A stretch of 64,000 nucleotides of DNA from Candidatus Moraniibacteriota bacterium (GCA_963778555.1 CAVZUR010000005.1:161756-225755), one strand, 5' to 3'. Positions 1-7,703 are shown, counted from the first letter of the stretch. The notes: generated by a model not told the origin, from the sequence alone. Translations and numbers: made by a program.

Positions 1-237
1 CGCCTTCGAGTGGAGTCTCAGTATGGATCCAGAATGAGTGGATGTCATCGAAAGCATAGAGCGTTTTTCCGCCGACCACACCTTTATCAGTAACCGCAAA
101 CTCGTACACTCGCGGGTCACGGGTGATGAAGAGGTATCCGACGATGCCAATCAGGATGAAGGTGATCGCCATAAGCGGACTGTTGGTAAAGACGGCGTAG
201 GTAATAATGGCCGCGAGGAGGATGGTGGATATCATGA
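1..237 (-). CDS. hypothetical small membrane protein, 5'-partial at window edge (ATG at 237, continues past position 1)
   Basis: The minus-strand reading frame is open from the ATG at 235-237 to the window start. The translation MISTILLAAIITYAVFTNSPLMAITFILIGIVGY... is hydrophobic and helix-like. It is absent from the ORF track because no stop codon lies inside the window. Confidence 0.3.
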
Positions 238-507
238 GTCCGCGCGGATTCGGTCGGACATGGATATGTTCCGGCGCCTGCCATGACAGAATCGGTGCAC
301 CGACAAGCATTGGTTCCATAAGAAATTTCTTTTCTTCTACTATACCACGCCGAACCACTTCGATGAATGATTCAGCTGAGTCGTCAAGACTTTTTTTTGT
401 AATGCGGAATCGGAAGGATTTATCCCTTCGCGGTATAAACTCCTCATCCTTCCGTTACTATAGAAACTAAAATAGAACCATACAAGATAGCCCGGCTTTT
501 GTTCTAG

Positions 508-559
508 CGGAAGCGGAAGGATTCGAACCTTCGATACCCTTTCGGGTACGACAGTTTTT
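508..559 (-). pseudogene. duplicated 3' half of tRNA-Ser (anticodon-loop 3' side, variable arm, T-arm, acceptor 3' strand); no 5' half directly attached
   Basis: The ~51 nt are identical to the 3' half of the intact tRNA-Ser(TGA) at 647-733. The reverse complement reads AAAAACTGTCGTACCCGAAAGGGTATCGAAGGTTCGAATCCTTCCGCTTCCG. Confidence 0.5.
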
Positions 560-565
560 CTCGAT

Positions 566-609
566 CCCGTTAGAGAGCGGGGGATATGACCCTCCAAAGG
601 CGGGCAGGG
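566..609. repeat. left arm of nested inverted repeats (outer cccgttagagagcgg 566-580; inner ccctccaaaggcgggcaggg 590-609)
   Basis: Exact reverse complements of these two blocks occur at 874-888 and 836-855. The arm pair brackets tRNA-Ser(TGA). Confidence 0.6.
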
Positions 610-646
610 ATTCTGAACTCACGATACCATGACTATCCAATCAAAG

Positions 647-733
647 CGGAAGCGGAAGGATTCGAACCTTCGATACCCTTTCGGGTACGACAGTTTTCAA
701 GACTGTTGCCTTCAACCACTCGGCCACGCTTCC
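647..733 (-). tRNA. tRNA-Ser (anticodon TGA), type II with long variable arm
   Basis: The reverse complement folds as GGAAGCG-TG-GCCGAGTGGTTGAAGGC-AACAGT-CTTGAAA-ACTGT-CGTACCCGAAAGGGTATC-GAAGG-TTCGAAT-CCTTC-CGCTTCC-G. The acceptor stem (7 bp), D arm, T-loop TTCGAAT and anticodon loop CT-TGA-AA are all canonical. CCA is not encoded. Confidence 0.85.
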
Positions 734-835
734 GCTTTGACAAGATAATGCTAGTTTTCCCCGCTGAAGTGGGATGGTTGTTTATAACTGCATTGTAGTG
801 AAATATAGATAAACAGGAAACAAGATAATAGCCTT

Positions 836-888
836 CCCTGCCCGCCTTTGGAGGGAACCACTCGGCCACTCCTCCGCTCTCTAACGGG
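836..888. repeat. right arm of nested inverted repeats (inner ccctgcccgcctttggaggg 836-855; outer ccgctctctaacggg 874-888)
   Basis: These blocks are the reverse complements of 590-609 and 566-580. The 18 nt between them (aaccactcggccactcct) are a degenerate tRNA-Ser 5' end, GGAGGAGTGGCCGAGTGGTT. Confidence 0.6.
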
Positions 889-932
889 ACAAGCTGCTGC
901 CTTCAATCCGCCAGCTGGCGGACCACGCTTCC
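889..932 (-). pseudogene. degenerate tRNA-Ser 5' half with the D-loop replaced by a 16-nt perfect palindrome (TCCGCCAGCTGGCGGA)
   Basis: The reverse complement GGAAGCGTGG-TCCGCCAGCTGGCGGA-TTGAAGGCAGCAGCTTGT matches tRNA-Ser positions 1-10 and 20-35 but carries a hairpin in place of the D-loop. It cannot fold as a canonical tRNA. Confidence 0.4.
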
Positions 933-953
933 AATTTTTTATAGATCGTTCAC

Positions 954-1029
954 TGGTGCGCTCGGAGGGAATCGAACCCCCGACCCTCTGGTTCGAAGCC
1001 AGATGCTCTATCCACTGAGCTACGAGCGC
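954..1029 (-). tRNA. tRNA-Arg (anticodon TCG), CCA encoded
   Basis: The reverse complement is GCGCTCGTAGCTCAGTGGATAGAGCATCTGGCTTCGAACCAGAGGGTCGGGGGTTCGATTCCCTCCGAGCGCACCA. It shows a full cloverleaf with anticodon loop CT-TCG-AA. Confidence 0.85.
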
Positions 1030-1072
1030 ATAGCCTCCCTGTTGTAGCTCGAATCGGGCTGGCCGTCAAAAT

Positions 1073-2650
1073 TTATCTTTTCGCGTCCAACATTGGCAGG
1101 AGCGAGGTCCCGTTCATTTTTTCTGGTCTCGTCAGACCGAAGATATGGAGGATAGTCGGAGCGACGTCGGACAGCAGTCCATGGACCTCGTTCTGCTCGC
1201 GAACCATCGTTTCCGAGTTCTTGTCGCGATGATTGGTTGGCGTGATATACCAGAGCGGTATGGGATTGGTGGAATGTTCCGTATCACGTTCACCGGTCTG
1301 GAGATTCATGACCTCTTCTACATTGCCGTGGTCGGCCGTGATGATCATCGCTCCTCCCGCTGAAAGAACTGCGGGGATAAGTCGCGAGAGGCACTTGTCC
1401 GTGGCCTCGACCGCTTCAATGGAGGCCGCCTCATTTCCAGTGTGGCCGACCATGTCGGCATTGGCGTAATTCATAAGGATAAAATCATATCGCCCTTCCT
1501 GGATCTTCTGGATGACGGTATCGGTAACTGCGGGTGCGCTCATTTCCGGTTGTTCATCAAAGTGCGAGACGGCAGGAGAGGGGATGAGGACTCGATCCTC
1601 ATTTGGGAATGCCTCTTCATTGCCACCGTTGAAAAAATACGTGACGTGAGCGTACTTTTCGGTCTCAGCGATTCGCAGTTGCTTCAGTCCAGCTTTTGAG
1701 AGTACTTCTCCGAGACTGTCATGCACTTCTTCCGGCGGAAAAGCGATGTGGACGGGCAGATCTTTTTCATACTCGGTCATAGTGACAAAATGGATGTCGG
1801 GTTTTTTCTTTCGAGCAAATCCGTCAAATTCAGGCATGACGAAGGCTTTGGTGATTTCCCGTGCCCGGTCCTCACGGAAGTTAAAAAAGATGACCGCGTC
1901 GCCGTCCTCGATGAGTCCGACTGGAGCGCCGTCCTTTTCGACGATGGTCGGCTCAATGAACTCATCGTTGATATTTTTCGCGTACAGTTGTTCCATATGC
2001 AGGAGCGGATCGCTGGTTCGTTCACCGACGCCCTCCGTGAGCATGCGATAGGCTTTCTCAATCCGGTCCCAATTATTGTTCCGGTCCATGGCATAATAGC
2101 GACCGATAAGGCTGCCGATTTTCCCGATACCGACGAGGCGGATCTCGCGCTCAAGTTCGCGAATATGGCCGACGCCGGAGGTTGGGGCTGAATCCCGGCC
2201 GTCAGTAAAGGCGTGCACGATGACTTTTTCGACATTTTGCGCTTTGGCGAGACGGAGCAGTGCGAGCAGATGATCTCGATGGGAGTGGACCGAGCCGGGG
2301 CTGATAAGTCCCATGAGATGGAGCGTGGAATCGTTTTTCTTGGTCAGATCCATCGCTTCGAGTAAAGCGGCGTTCGTGTCAAATGTCCCATCTTGGATGG
2401 CGAGCGCGATCCGAGGCATATTTTGGTAGATGATGCGCCCGGCACCCATCGTCATGTGGCCGACTTCGGAGTTACCGGCAGTGTTCCAGGGGAGACCGAC
2501 CGAAATACCCGATGCCTGAAGGGTGGTCATCGGATAAAAACGGTTCAGCTTTTCAAAAGTGGGAAGCTTGGCTTCACGAATAGGATTGCCCTGGGTCGTA
2601 TTGGATATTCCCCAGCCGTCGAGGACGATGAGGACAAAGGGTCGGTACAT
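1073..2650 (-). CDS. gpmI: 2,3-bisphosphoglycerate-independent phosphoglycerate mutase
   Basis: The translation MYRPFVLIVLDGWGIS... is iPGM-like throughout and includes the metal-site motif HGNVEEVMN... near its end. The ORF track begins 15 codons earlier at 2695; the ATG at 2650 gives the conserved N-terminus. Confidence 0.9.
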   Translation of the reverse strand: MYRPFVLIVLDGWGISNTTQGNPIREAKLPTFEKLNRFYPMTTLQASGISVGLPWNTAGNSEVGHMTMGAGRIIYQNMPRIALAIQDGTFDTNAALLEAMDLTKKNDSTLHLMGLISPGSVHSHRDHLLALLRLAKAQNVEKVIVHAFTDGRDSAPTSGVGHIRELEREIRLVGIGKIGSLIGRYYAMDRNNNWDRIEKAYRMLTEGVGERTSDPLLHMEQLYAKNINDEFIEPTIVEKDGAPVGLIEDGDAVIFFNFREDRAREITKAFVMPEFDGFARKKKPDIHFVTMTEYEKDLPVHIAFPPEEVHDSLGEVLSKAGLKQLRIAETEKYAHVTYFFNGGNEEAFPNEDRVLIPSPAVSHFDEQPEMSAPAVTDTVIQKIQEGRYDFILMNYANADMVGHTGNEAASIEAVEATDKCLSRLIPAVLSAGGAMIITADHGNVEEVMNLQTGERDTEHSTNPIPLWYITPTNHRDKNSETMVREQNEVHGLLSDVAPTILHIFGLTRPEKMNGTSLLPMLDAKR

Positions 2651-2837
2651 GTTTTTATTTTTTCTTATTATCAAACGGAGTGAGAAAAACAACAAGCTCC
2701 GTTCCCGTTCCCACTACAACGAGGTGTAATCGATAAACGACCCTGCTCAACCGATAATCGGAACAGTCGGTAGACTAGTTTCTCTCAAGACAGGGCTTTT
2801 TTGGCTTTTCTGAGGGAATTATAGCAGTTCTCGGCTT

Positions 2838-2866
2838 TTGACAAAAGCAATGGACAGGAGTACTCT
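2838..2866 (+). promoter_or_regulatory. candidate sigma70 promoter upstream of rny (TTGACA-17-TACTCT)
   Basis: ttttgacaaaagcaatggacaggagtactct gives a consensus -35, a 17-nt spacer and a 4/6 -10. This would imply a ~215-nt leader. Confidence 0.3.
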
Positions 2867-3084
2867 CAAAAAAGAGATACTAATTCCAAATTGCTCTTCA
2901 AGTGTCGTTTATTCCGTTCGGTACCAAAGAAAGGGTTGCTCTGATGCTTCGGATTTCATTTGTTTTCCAATCAACTCTTTTTTCTCGAACTGCCCGCTCA
3001 TGATGAGCGGTGAAGGTTTGGGTTCGGGCAGGTGTGCCAGTACCGACGTGTGAGAGCGACGCTCGAATCAGCGCATTTTTTCCT

Positions 3085-4611
3085 ATGACTCTGATCATAC
3101 TTGCGAGTGCCCTCGGCGCGCTGGGTGTCGGGATTTTCGTCGGCTATCTCATTCGACAGAATCTCGCCAAGAAACAGCTTTCCACTGCAGAAGGCCAGGC
3201 TGCCAAGATTGTCGAAGAAGCTGAGAAGAAAGCTGAGAGTCTCACGCTCGACGCGAAGAACAAAGCCGTTACGATTCTCGAAGAAGCCAAGCGAAGCGAG
3301 CAGGTCCGTGAGGAGAAGATCACCCACCAAGAATCGCGCGTCGAAAAACGGCAGGAACAGATTGAGAAAGAGGCTCAGGCCATCGAGGATGAGAAAAAAC
3401 GACTGTTGGGAAAAGCAGAAGAGATCCAGGCTATCAAGTCCGAAGTCGAGGGGCTGAAGGAGAAAGAGATTGAGGAATTGCAGCGCGTGGCTAAGCTCAC
3501 GCATGAAGAGGCGGAAGGCCGTCTCATGAAGCTGGTTGAAGAGGAAAGCAAAGACGCGCTCGTTGCTCGGATGTCCAAGCTGGAGAACGAAGCCCATGAT
3601 GAGCTGGAGAAACGCTCCTTCGCAATCATGGCGACGGTTATCCAGAAATATTCTCGGACCCACGTTTCGGAATTTACGACGACGACTATCACTATTCCCT
3701 CGGATGACATCAAAGGCAAGATTATCGGCAAGGAGGGTCGAAACATCCGTGCGCTGGAAAAAGAAACCGGTGTTGAACTCATCGTCGACGATACGCCCGA
3801 ATCCATCATCATTTCCGGTTTCGATCCGGTGCGGCGTGAAGTCGCCAGGATCGCACTGGAAAAGCTCATCTCTGATGGTCGTATCCATCCGGCCCGCATC
3901 GAAGAAGCCGTCGCGGAAGGGCGCAAGGAAATCGACAACAAGATTAAAGAGGCTGGGGAAGCGGCCGCCTATGAAGCTGGTGTGCCGGGACTGCATCCGA
4001 AACTCCTCTATATCCTGGGACGGCTGCGCTATCGCTACAGTTATAAACAGAATGTTCTCCTTCACTCACTCGAGGTTTCCTATCTCTCCGCGGCGCTGGC
4101 TGCTGAGCTTGGGGCAGATGTTGCGACTGCGCGGAAAGCTGGTCTGATGCACGATATCGGCAAAGCGGTGGACCATGAGATCGAGGGGACGCATGTGAAG
4201 ATCGGGATGCGCATCTTGGAGAAATTCGGCATCACCCAGAACGTTATCGATGGCATGAAGTCCCATCATGACGAGTACCCGCACGCGACCATCGAAAGTT
4301 ATATCGTGACAGCTGCCGATGCGTTGTCTGCGGCTCGGCCTGGTGCCCGCAAAGAAACAGCCGAGAAATACATCAAACGACTCGAAGAGCTCGAATCGCT
4401 CATCAATACGTTCCCGCAAGTGGAGAAATCGTATGCCATTCAGGCGGGCCGTGAGGTGCGCATCTTCGTCAATCCCGAAAAGACTGATGACTATGGCGCG
4501 ATGACATTGGCACGCGATGTGTCCAAGCGTATCCAGGAAGAGCTCCAGTATCCGGGCGAGATCAAAGTCGTCGTGTTCCGCGAGACCCGTGCGGTCGAAT
4601 ACGCCAGATAA
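3085..4611 (+). CDS. rny: ribonuclease Y (N-terminal TM helix, KH domain, HD domain)
   Basis: The translation MTLIILASALGALGVGIFVGYLIRQN... (TM anchor) is followed by a long coiled-coil, a KH domain (GKIIGKEGRNIRALE) and an HD domain (HSLEVSYL...MHDIGK). The start was moved from the track's 3010 to the ATG at 3085. Confidence 0.9.
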   Translation: MTLIILASALGALGVGIFVGYLIRQNLAKKQLSTAEGQAAKIVEEAEKKAESLTLDAKNKAVTILEEAKRSEQVREEKITHQESRVEKRQEQIEKEAQAIEDEKKRLLGKAEEIQAIKSEVEGLKEKEIEELQRVAKLTHEEAEGRLMKLVEEESKDALVARMSKLENEAHDELEKRSFAIMATVIQKYSRTHVSEFTTTTITIPSDDIKGKIIGKEGRNIRALEKETGVELIVDDTPESIIISGFDPVRREVARIALEKLISDGRIHPARIEEAVAEGRKEIDNKIKEAGEAAAYEAGVPGLHPKLLYILGRLRYRYSYKQNVLLHSLEVSYLSAALAAELGADVATARKAGLMHDIGKAVDHEIEGTHVKIGMRILEKFGITQNVIDGMKSHHDEYPHATIESYIVTAADALSAARPGARKETAEKYIKRLEELESLINTFPQVEKSYAIQAGREVRIFVNPEKTDDYGAMTLARDVSKRIQEELQYPGEIKVVVFRETRAVEYAR

Positions 4612-4663
4612 CGAGGGATGAGGTTTGAGTGTTTAGGGGTTAGAAAATATATGAAAAGGCAGA

Positions 4664-4688
4664 TTCCCGGAAACGGGGATTTTGCTTT
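4664..4688 (+). terminator. Rho-independent terminator after rny
   Basis: ttcccg-GAAA-cgggga is a 6-bp GC stem with a GNRA tetraloop, followed by ttttgcttt. Confidence 0.5.
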
Positions 4689-4726
4689 ATATAAAGCAAT
4701 TCTGATGTTTCTATGCGCAGTGATGC

Positions 4727-4755
4727 TTGACAGGTTTCTCATTCAGTGCTATGAT
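4727..4755 (+). promoter_or_regulatory. near-consensus sigma70 promoter (TTGACA-17-TATGAT)
   Basis: cTTGACAggtttctcattcagtgcTATGATg has a perfect -35, a 17-nt spacer and a 5/6 -10. No protein gene sits immediately downstream. Confidence 0.55.
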
Positions 4756-4761
4756 GTTGTC

Positions 4762-5055
4762 ACCATCAGCTAGCGTCTCACAAAAGCGTGGTGGTGTACG
4801 TACCTTTTCTTCATTAGATTTCCGGCGCAATGGCGCCATCGTTGCTTCGCGGCAGGGCATGGGCCCACCGCATCTGGTTGATTCCGTTCCGGGGCACTGC
4901 GCCCCAACTGTTCGTTCCGTCGGCAGGGCCACACCCAGCCGGACGTCCGCTGAAATCGTGCTACCGATCCCGCTGCGTACTCGCAGCCAAGCCCGCCGTC
5001 ATCGTTTGAGGACCTCCAAAATCCTCTTCGAAGACTCGCGGGCCTTCTTTTTTTA
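4762..5055 (+). ncRNA. candidate structured ncRNA of unknown family (~295 nt, GC-rich island)
   Basis: The segment starts just downstream of the promoter at 4727-4755 and ends at a hairpin plus T7 run (5030-5054). Its GC content is clearly above the flanks. The only ORFs are low-complexity R/S/P-rich reads on both strands. I found no match to conserved RNase P, tmRNA, SRP or 6S motifs by eye. Confidence 0.3.
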
Positions 5056-5204
5056 CGGCTCATCAAGGACTTCTTGACAGATTATCCTTTCACTGAGCCA
5101 AAAAGCCTTGCATACTTTCGAGTTTTGCTTTATTCTCGGGGAAAGGAGACAGTGCTCCTGGAAAAGTGAATGAAATTAAAACTAGAAAGGCAGGTGGAAT
5201 CATT

Positions 5205-5486
5205 ATGAAAAACGTGAACAAAGACACATTGGTGCACGAGATCTGCGAGAAGACCAGTCTCTCCAAAAAAGACATCGAGCTCACGCTGGAAGCGTTCGAG
5301 GATGTGGTCACCGCTGAGCTCCGCAAGGGGAACAAAGTGACTATGACCGGCTTCGGTACTTTCAAAGTCTCGAATCGCGCCGCTCGCGAGGGCATCAACC
5401 CGCAGACCAAGGCCAAGATCATGATCCCGGCGATGACGGTCCCCAAGTTTACCGCTGGCAAAGGCCTCAAGGAAGCCGTGAAATAG
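5205..5486 (+). CDS. hup: DNA-binding protein HU (HU/IHF family)
   Basis: The translation MKNVNKDTLVHEICEKTSLSKKDIELTLEAFEDVV...GFGTFKVSNRAAREGINPQTKAKIMIPAMTVPKFTAGKGLKEAV is HU-like. The SD AGGTGG lies 7 nt upstream of the ATG at 5205; the track start at 5166 is upstream of that RBS. Confidence 0.85.
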   Translation: MKNVNKDTLVHEICEKTSLSKKDIELTLEAFEDVVTAELRKGNKVTMTGFGTFKVSNRAAREGINPQTKAKIMIPAMTVPKFTAGKGLKEAVK

Positions 5487-5515
5487 GTAGTGGTGCGAAA
5501 AAAAGATAGAACCGT

Positions 5516-5546
5516 CCCCCGCCTTCCATGGCGGGGGGTTGTTTTC
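5516..5546 (+). terminator. Rho-independent terminator after hup
   Basis: cccccgcc-ttccat-ggcggggg is an 8-bp GC stem followed by gttgtttt. Confidence 0.6.
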
Positions 5547-5583
5547 TAGGGAGGGTGGCCAGAAAGTAGGAAAAAGGCTAGGA

Positions 5584-5606
5584 TACGTCTGCTTTACGGA
5601 GCATAG
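5584..5606 (+). pseudogene. scrambled tRNA-Pro fragments (positions ~23-34 then 1-10) at the left edge of the GIY-YIG insertion
   Basis: tacgtctgcttt is the tRNA-Pro D-arm/anticodon-stem 5' side up to position 34. It is followed directly by acggagcatag, the tRNA-Pro 5' end. Both segments recur intact in the tRNA-Pro at 5890-5960. Confidence 0.4.
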
Positions 5607-5899
5607 CTCCGTTAGAGACACAGAGACTTATGTATTACGTTTATCTTCTCGAAAGTCAGAAAGACTGGGGTTGGTATATCGGTTACACTGGAGAACTTCG
5701 AAAAAGGATTTCCGAACATAACCGCAAGATGAGTAAGTCTACGAAGTCTCGAGCGCCGTTCAAACTCCTTTATTATGAAGCATGTTTGAGTGAGCACGAC
5801 GCTAAGGCAAGGGAAAAGTATCTGAAGACAGGTATGGGTAGGCGATTTTTAAGAAATAGGTTAAAATCCTTTTTCGAAGGAGTCTCTAACGGAGCATAG
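5596..5899 (+). mobile_element. small IR/DR-bounded insertion carrying a GIY-YIG nuclease ORF, embedded in the tRNA-Pro locus
   Basis: An 11-bp direct repeat ACGGAGCATAG sits at 5596-5606 and 5889-5899. A 13-bp inverted repeat ctccgttagagac (5607-5619) pairs with gtctctaacggag (5882-5894). The IR core CCGTTAGAGA matches the IRs around tRNA-Ser at 566-580 and 874-888. Confidence 0.4.
5630..5899 (+). CDS. GIY-YIG nuclease domain protein (89 aa, stand-alone catalytic domain)
   Basis: The translation MYYVYLLESQKDWGWYIGYTGELRKRISEHN... shows a GIY-(10)-YIG motif with a conserved Arg and a Glu further on. The stop codon TAG lies inside the first 10 nt of tRNA-Pro. Confidence 0.6.
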   Translation: MYYVYLLESQKDWGWYIGYTGELRKRISEHNRKMSKSTKSRAPFKLLYYEACLSEHDAKAREKYLKTGMGRRFLRNRLKSFFEGVSNGA

Positions 5900-5960
5900 T
5901 ATAGTGGTAGTACGTCTGCTTTGGGAGCAGATAGTCCCGGTTCGATTCCGGGTGCTCCGA
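5890..5960 (+). tRNA. tRNA-Pro (anticodon TGG)
   Basis: The fold is CGGAGCA-TA-GTAT-AGTGGTAG-TAC-G-TCTGC-TTTGGGA-GCAGA-TAGT-CCCGG-TTCGATT-CCGGG-TGCTCCG-A. It has a C1-G72 pair, the Pro-typical anticodon loop TT-TGG-GA and T-loop TTCGATT. Confidence 0.8.
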
Positions 5961-6068
5961 CACGAATTAAAGAGCAATTGGAGCTGAGTTATCTGTGGCG
6001 GCGGGCGGGTAGACCGGTTCCCGTCCGGTGGGAGGATGCCTCCAGGCTCCGACATAATTTTTCTCGTT

Positions 6069-6401
6069 ATGAGGAAGGAATACAAGAAGCTCGTACGTGA
6101 TCGTATCCCCGAAATCATCTGGGAAAAGGGGAGCGTGCCAGAGACTCGCACCCTCTCGGAGTCGGAATTTCTCACTGAGCTCAAGAAGAAATTTCAAGAA
6201 GAGCTCGGCGAATATTTCTCGGCTGCCACCCCCGAAGCGCGACTCGAAGAAATGGCGGATATCTTTGAAGTCATCACTGCTTTGAATGAGGCTGAAGGAA
6301 GAAGTATCGAACAGGTGATCGAGATACAGCGGAAAAAGCGTAAGGAGCGCGGCGCGTTCCAGGAGCGGATTTTTTTGGAATCAGTAGAGGAAAAGGAATG
6401 A
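6069..6401 (+). CDS. MazG-like / phosphoribosyl-ATP pyrophosphohydrolase-like NTP pyrophosphatase (small all-alpha)
   Basis: The translation MRKEYKKLVRDRIPEIIWEKG... carries the KLVRDRIPEII motif typical of the PRA-PH/MazG-like family and EExxD/E acidic helices. Its stop overlaps the next start (ATGA). Confidence 0.55.
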   Translation: MRKEYKKLVRDRIPEIIWEKGSVPETRTLSESEFLTELKKKFQEELGEYFSAATPEARLEEMADIFEVITALNEAEGRSIEQVIEIQRKKRKERGAFQERIFLESVEEKE

Positions 6402-7411
6402 AAAAAGTCGTTACTATCGGCGGCGGCACGGGGAGTTTCATGCTCCTCTCGGGTCTGAAGGAATATCCGATTGAATTGTCGGCGATTGTCTCGATGGCGG
6501 ACGATGGTGGGTCGACCGGAGTGCTCCGCGATGAGCTCGGCGTCCTACCGCCGGGCGATGTGCGCCAATGTTTGGTCGCGCTCTCAGAGACGCCTGAACG
6601 GCTGCGCGAGCTCATGAATTATCGCTTCAAGAATGGTGGACTCGAAGGCCACAGTTTCGGCAATCTCCTCCTCTCGGCGCTCGAAAAGATCACAGGGGAT
6701 TTCGGCGAAGCTGTGCGCGAGGCGGCTCAGATCCTGAATGTCCGCGGCGAGGTGATACCGGTGACGCTCTCGGATACGCATCTCTATATGCAGCTCCTGA
6801 ATGGCAAGCTCCTCTCCGGCGAGCATGAGATCAATGTGAATACGAAATTGGAGAAAGTCGGCGTGAAAAAAGTGTTTCTGAAGCCGCTCCCGACGCCCAA
6901 TCCATTAGCGATTCAGCGCATCCTTGACGCCGATCTTGTCATCATCGGGCCCGGGAGTCACTACTGTGCTATCATCCCGAGCCTGCTCGTGCCCGGTATC
7001 GCCGAAGCGCTCAAGAAGACCAAAGCGAAGATCGTCTACAACTGCAACCTCATCTCGAAGCGCGGCCAGACGGATCATTTCTCGCTCGAAGACTATGTCG
7101 ATGCGCTTCATAAGCTCCTCGGCCAGGAGCGGATCGACTATGTCACGTACAATACGGCGATACCTCCGGCGCGACTCTTGAAGCGATACGCGGACGAGGG
7201 GAACACGGTCATCTTTCAGCGAGCGGGGGAGCGGCGTTACCGTGTCATCCAGGCCGATCTCTTGAGTCAGGAAAGAACCGTCCGCCGGCGCGAGGACAAG
7301 ATCGCCCAAACCCGTTCCTTCATCCGGCATGACCCGAAGAAACTCGCCAAGGTCCTGATGCTGCTTCTTGAGATCGGGGACTATGAGAATATCTTGAAGG
7401 ATATCGTCTAG
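6398..7411 (+). CDS. yvcK: YvcK/CofD-family protein (gluconeogenesis factor, UPF0052)
   Basis: MKKVVTIGGGTGSFMLLSGLKEY...IVSMADDGGSTGVLRDELGVLPPGDVRQCLVAL... is family-diagnostic across the full length. Confidence 0.85.
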   Translation: MKKVVTIGGGTGSFMLLSGLKEYPIELSAIVSMADDGGSTGVLRDELGVLPPGDVRQCLVALSETPERLRELMNYRFKNGGLEGHSFGNLLLSALEKITGDFGEAVREAAQILNVRGEVIPVTLSDTHLYMQLLNGKLLSGEHEINVNTKLEKVGVKKVFLKPLPTPNPLAIQRILDADLVIIGPGSHYCAIIPSLLVPGIAEALKKTKAKIVYNCNLISKRGQTDHFSLEDYVDALHKLLGQERIDYVTYNTAIPPARLLKRYADEGNTVIFQRAGERRYRVIQADLLSQERTVRRREDKIAQTRSFIRHDPKKLAKVLMLLLEIGDYENILKDIV

Positions 7412-7430
7412 AGACTTGTATCAGAACTGT

Positions 7431-7454
7431 CACTTGGAAGTCGAACTTCCAAGT
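7431..7454. repeat. 24-bp palindrome CACTTGGAAGTCGAACTTCCAAGT (copy 1)
   Basis: It is a perfect 10-bp inverted repeat around a CGA centre, just after the yvcK stop. A near-identical copy lies at 8041-8064. Confidence 0.7.
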
Positions 7455-7485
7455 ATGGTAGGGGGTAGATTGGCCACGTGCAGAA

Positions 7486-7514
7486 TTGACAGTATGGTCG
7501 CGTTATGCTACATT
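7486..7514 (+). promoter_or_regulatory. sigma70-like promoter (TTGACA-17-TACATT) at the left end of the GC-rich cassette
   Basis: aaTTGACAgtatggtcgcgttatgcTACATTatt has a perfect -35 and a 17-nt spacer. Confidence 0.45.
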
Positions 7515-7703
7515 ATTTTTTTCAAGCATTTTTGATTGCAGAGAAAAAATATTTTTGCTAGTATCGGAACAAGTTCTTTTATCAGAGTGTGAGTGAACGG
7601 ACATATGCCGCTTTCGATGGAAGGCCGCGTTTGCCCGTTCGCTCGCCATCGCTGGCTCGCGTTTCGGGATCGCCCCTCAACCATTTCCGAAAGGGAATCG
7701 ACC

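Noticed and set aside
2838-3053. 71-aa plus-strand ORF upstream of rny and 66-aa minus ORF
   Set aside because: They lie in the divergent gpmI/rny promoter region with no RBS or homology.
4762-5058. assignment of the GC-rich RNA candidate to RNase P RNA, tmRNA, SRP RNA or 6S RNA
   Set aside because: I could not find the conserved cores by eye: no GGAAAGUCCGG/P4 motif, no tRNA-like T-loop or tag-peptide ORF, no GGAAGCAGCC with GNRA helix-8 apex, and the size is wrong for 6S. It is left as unknown.
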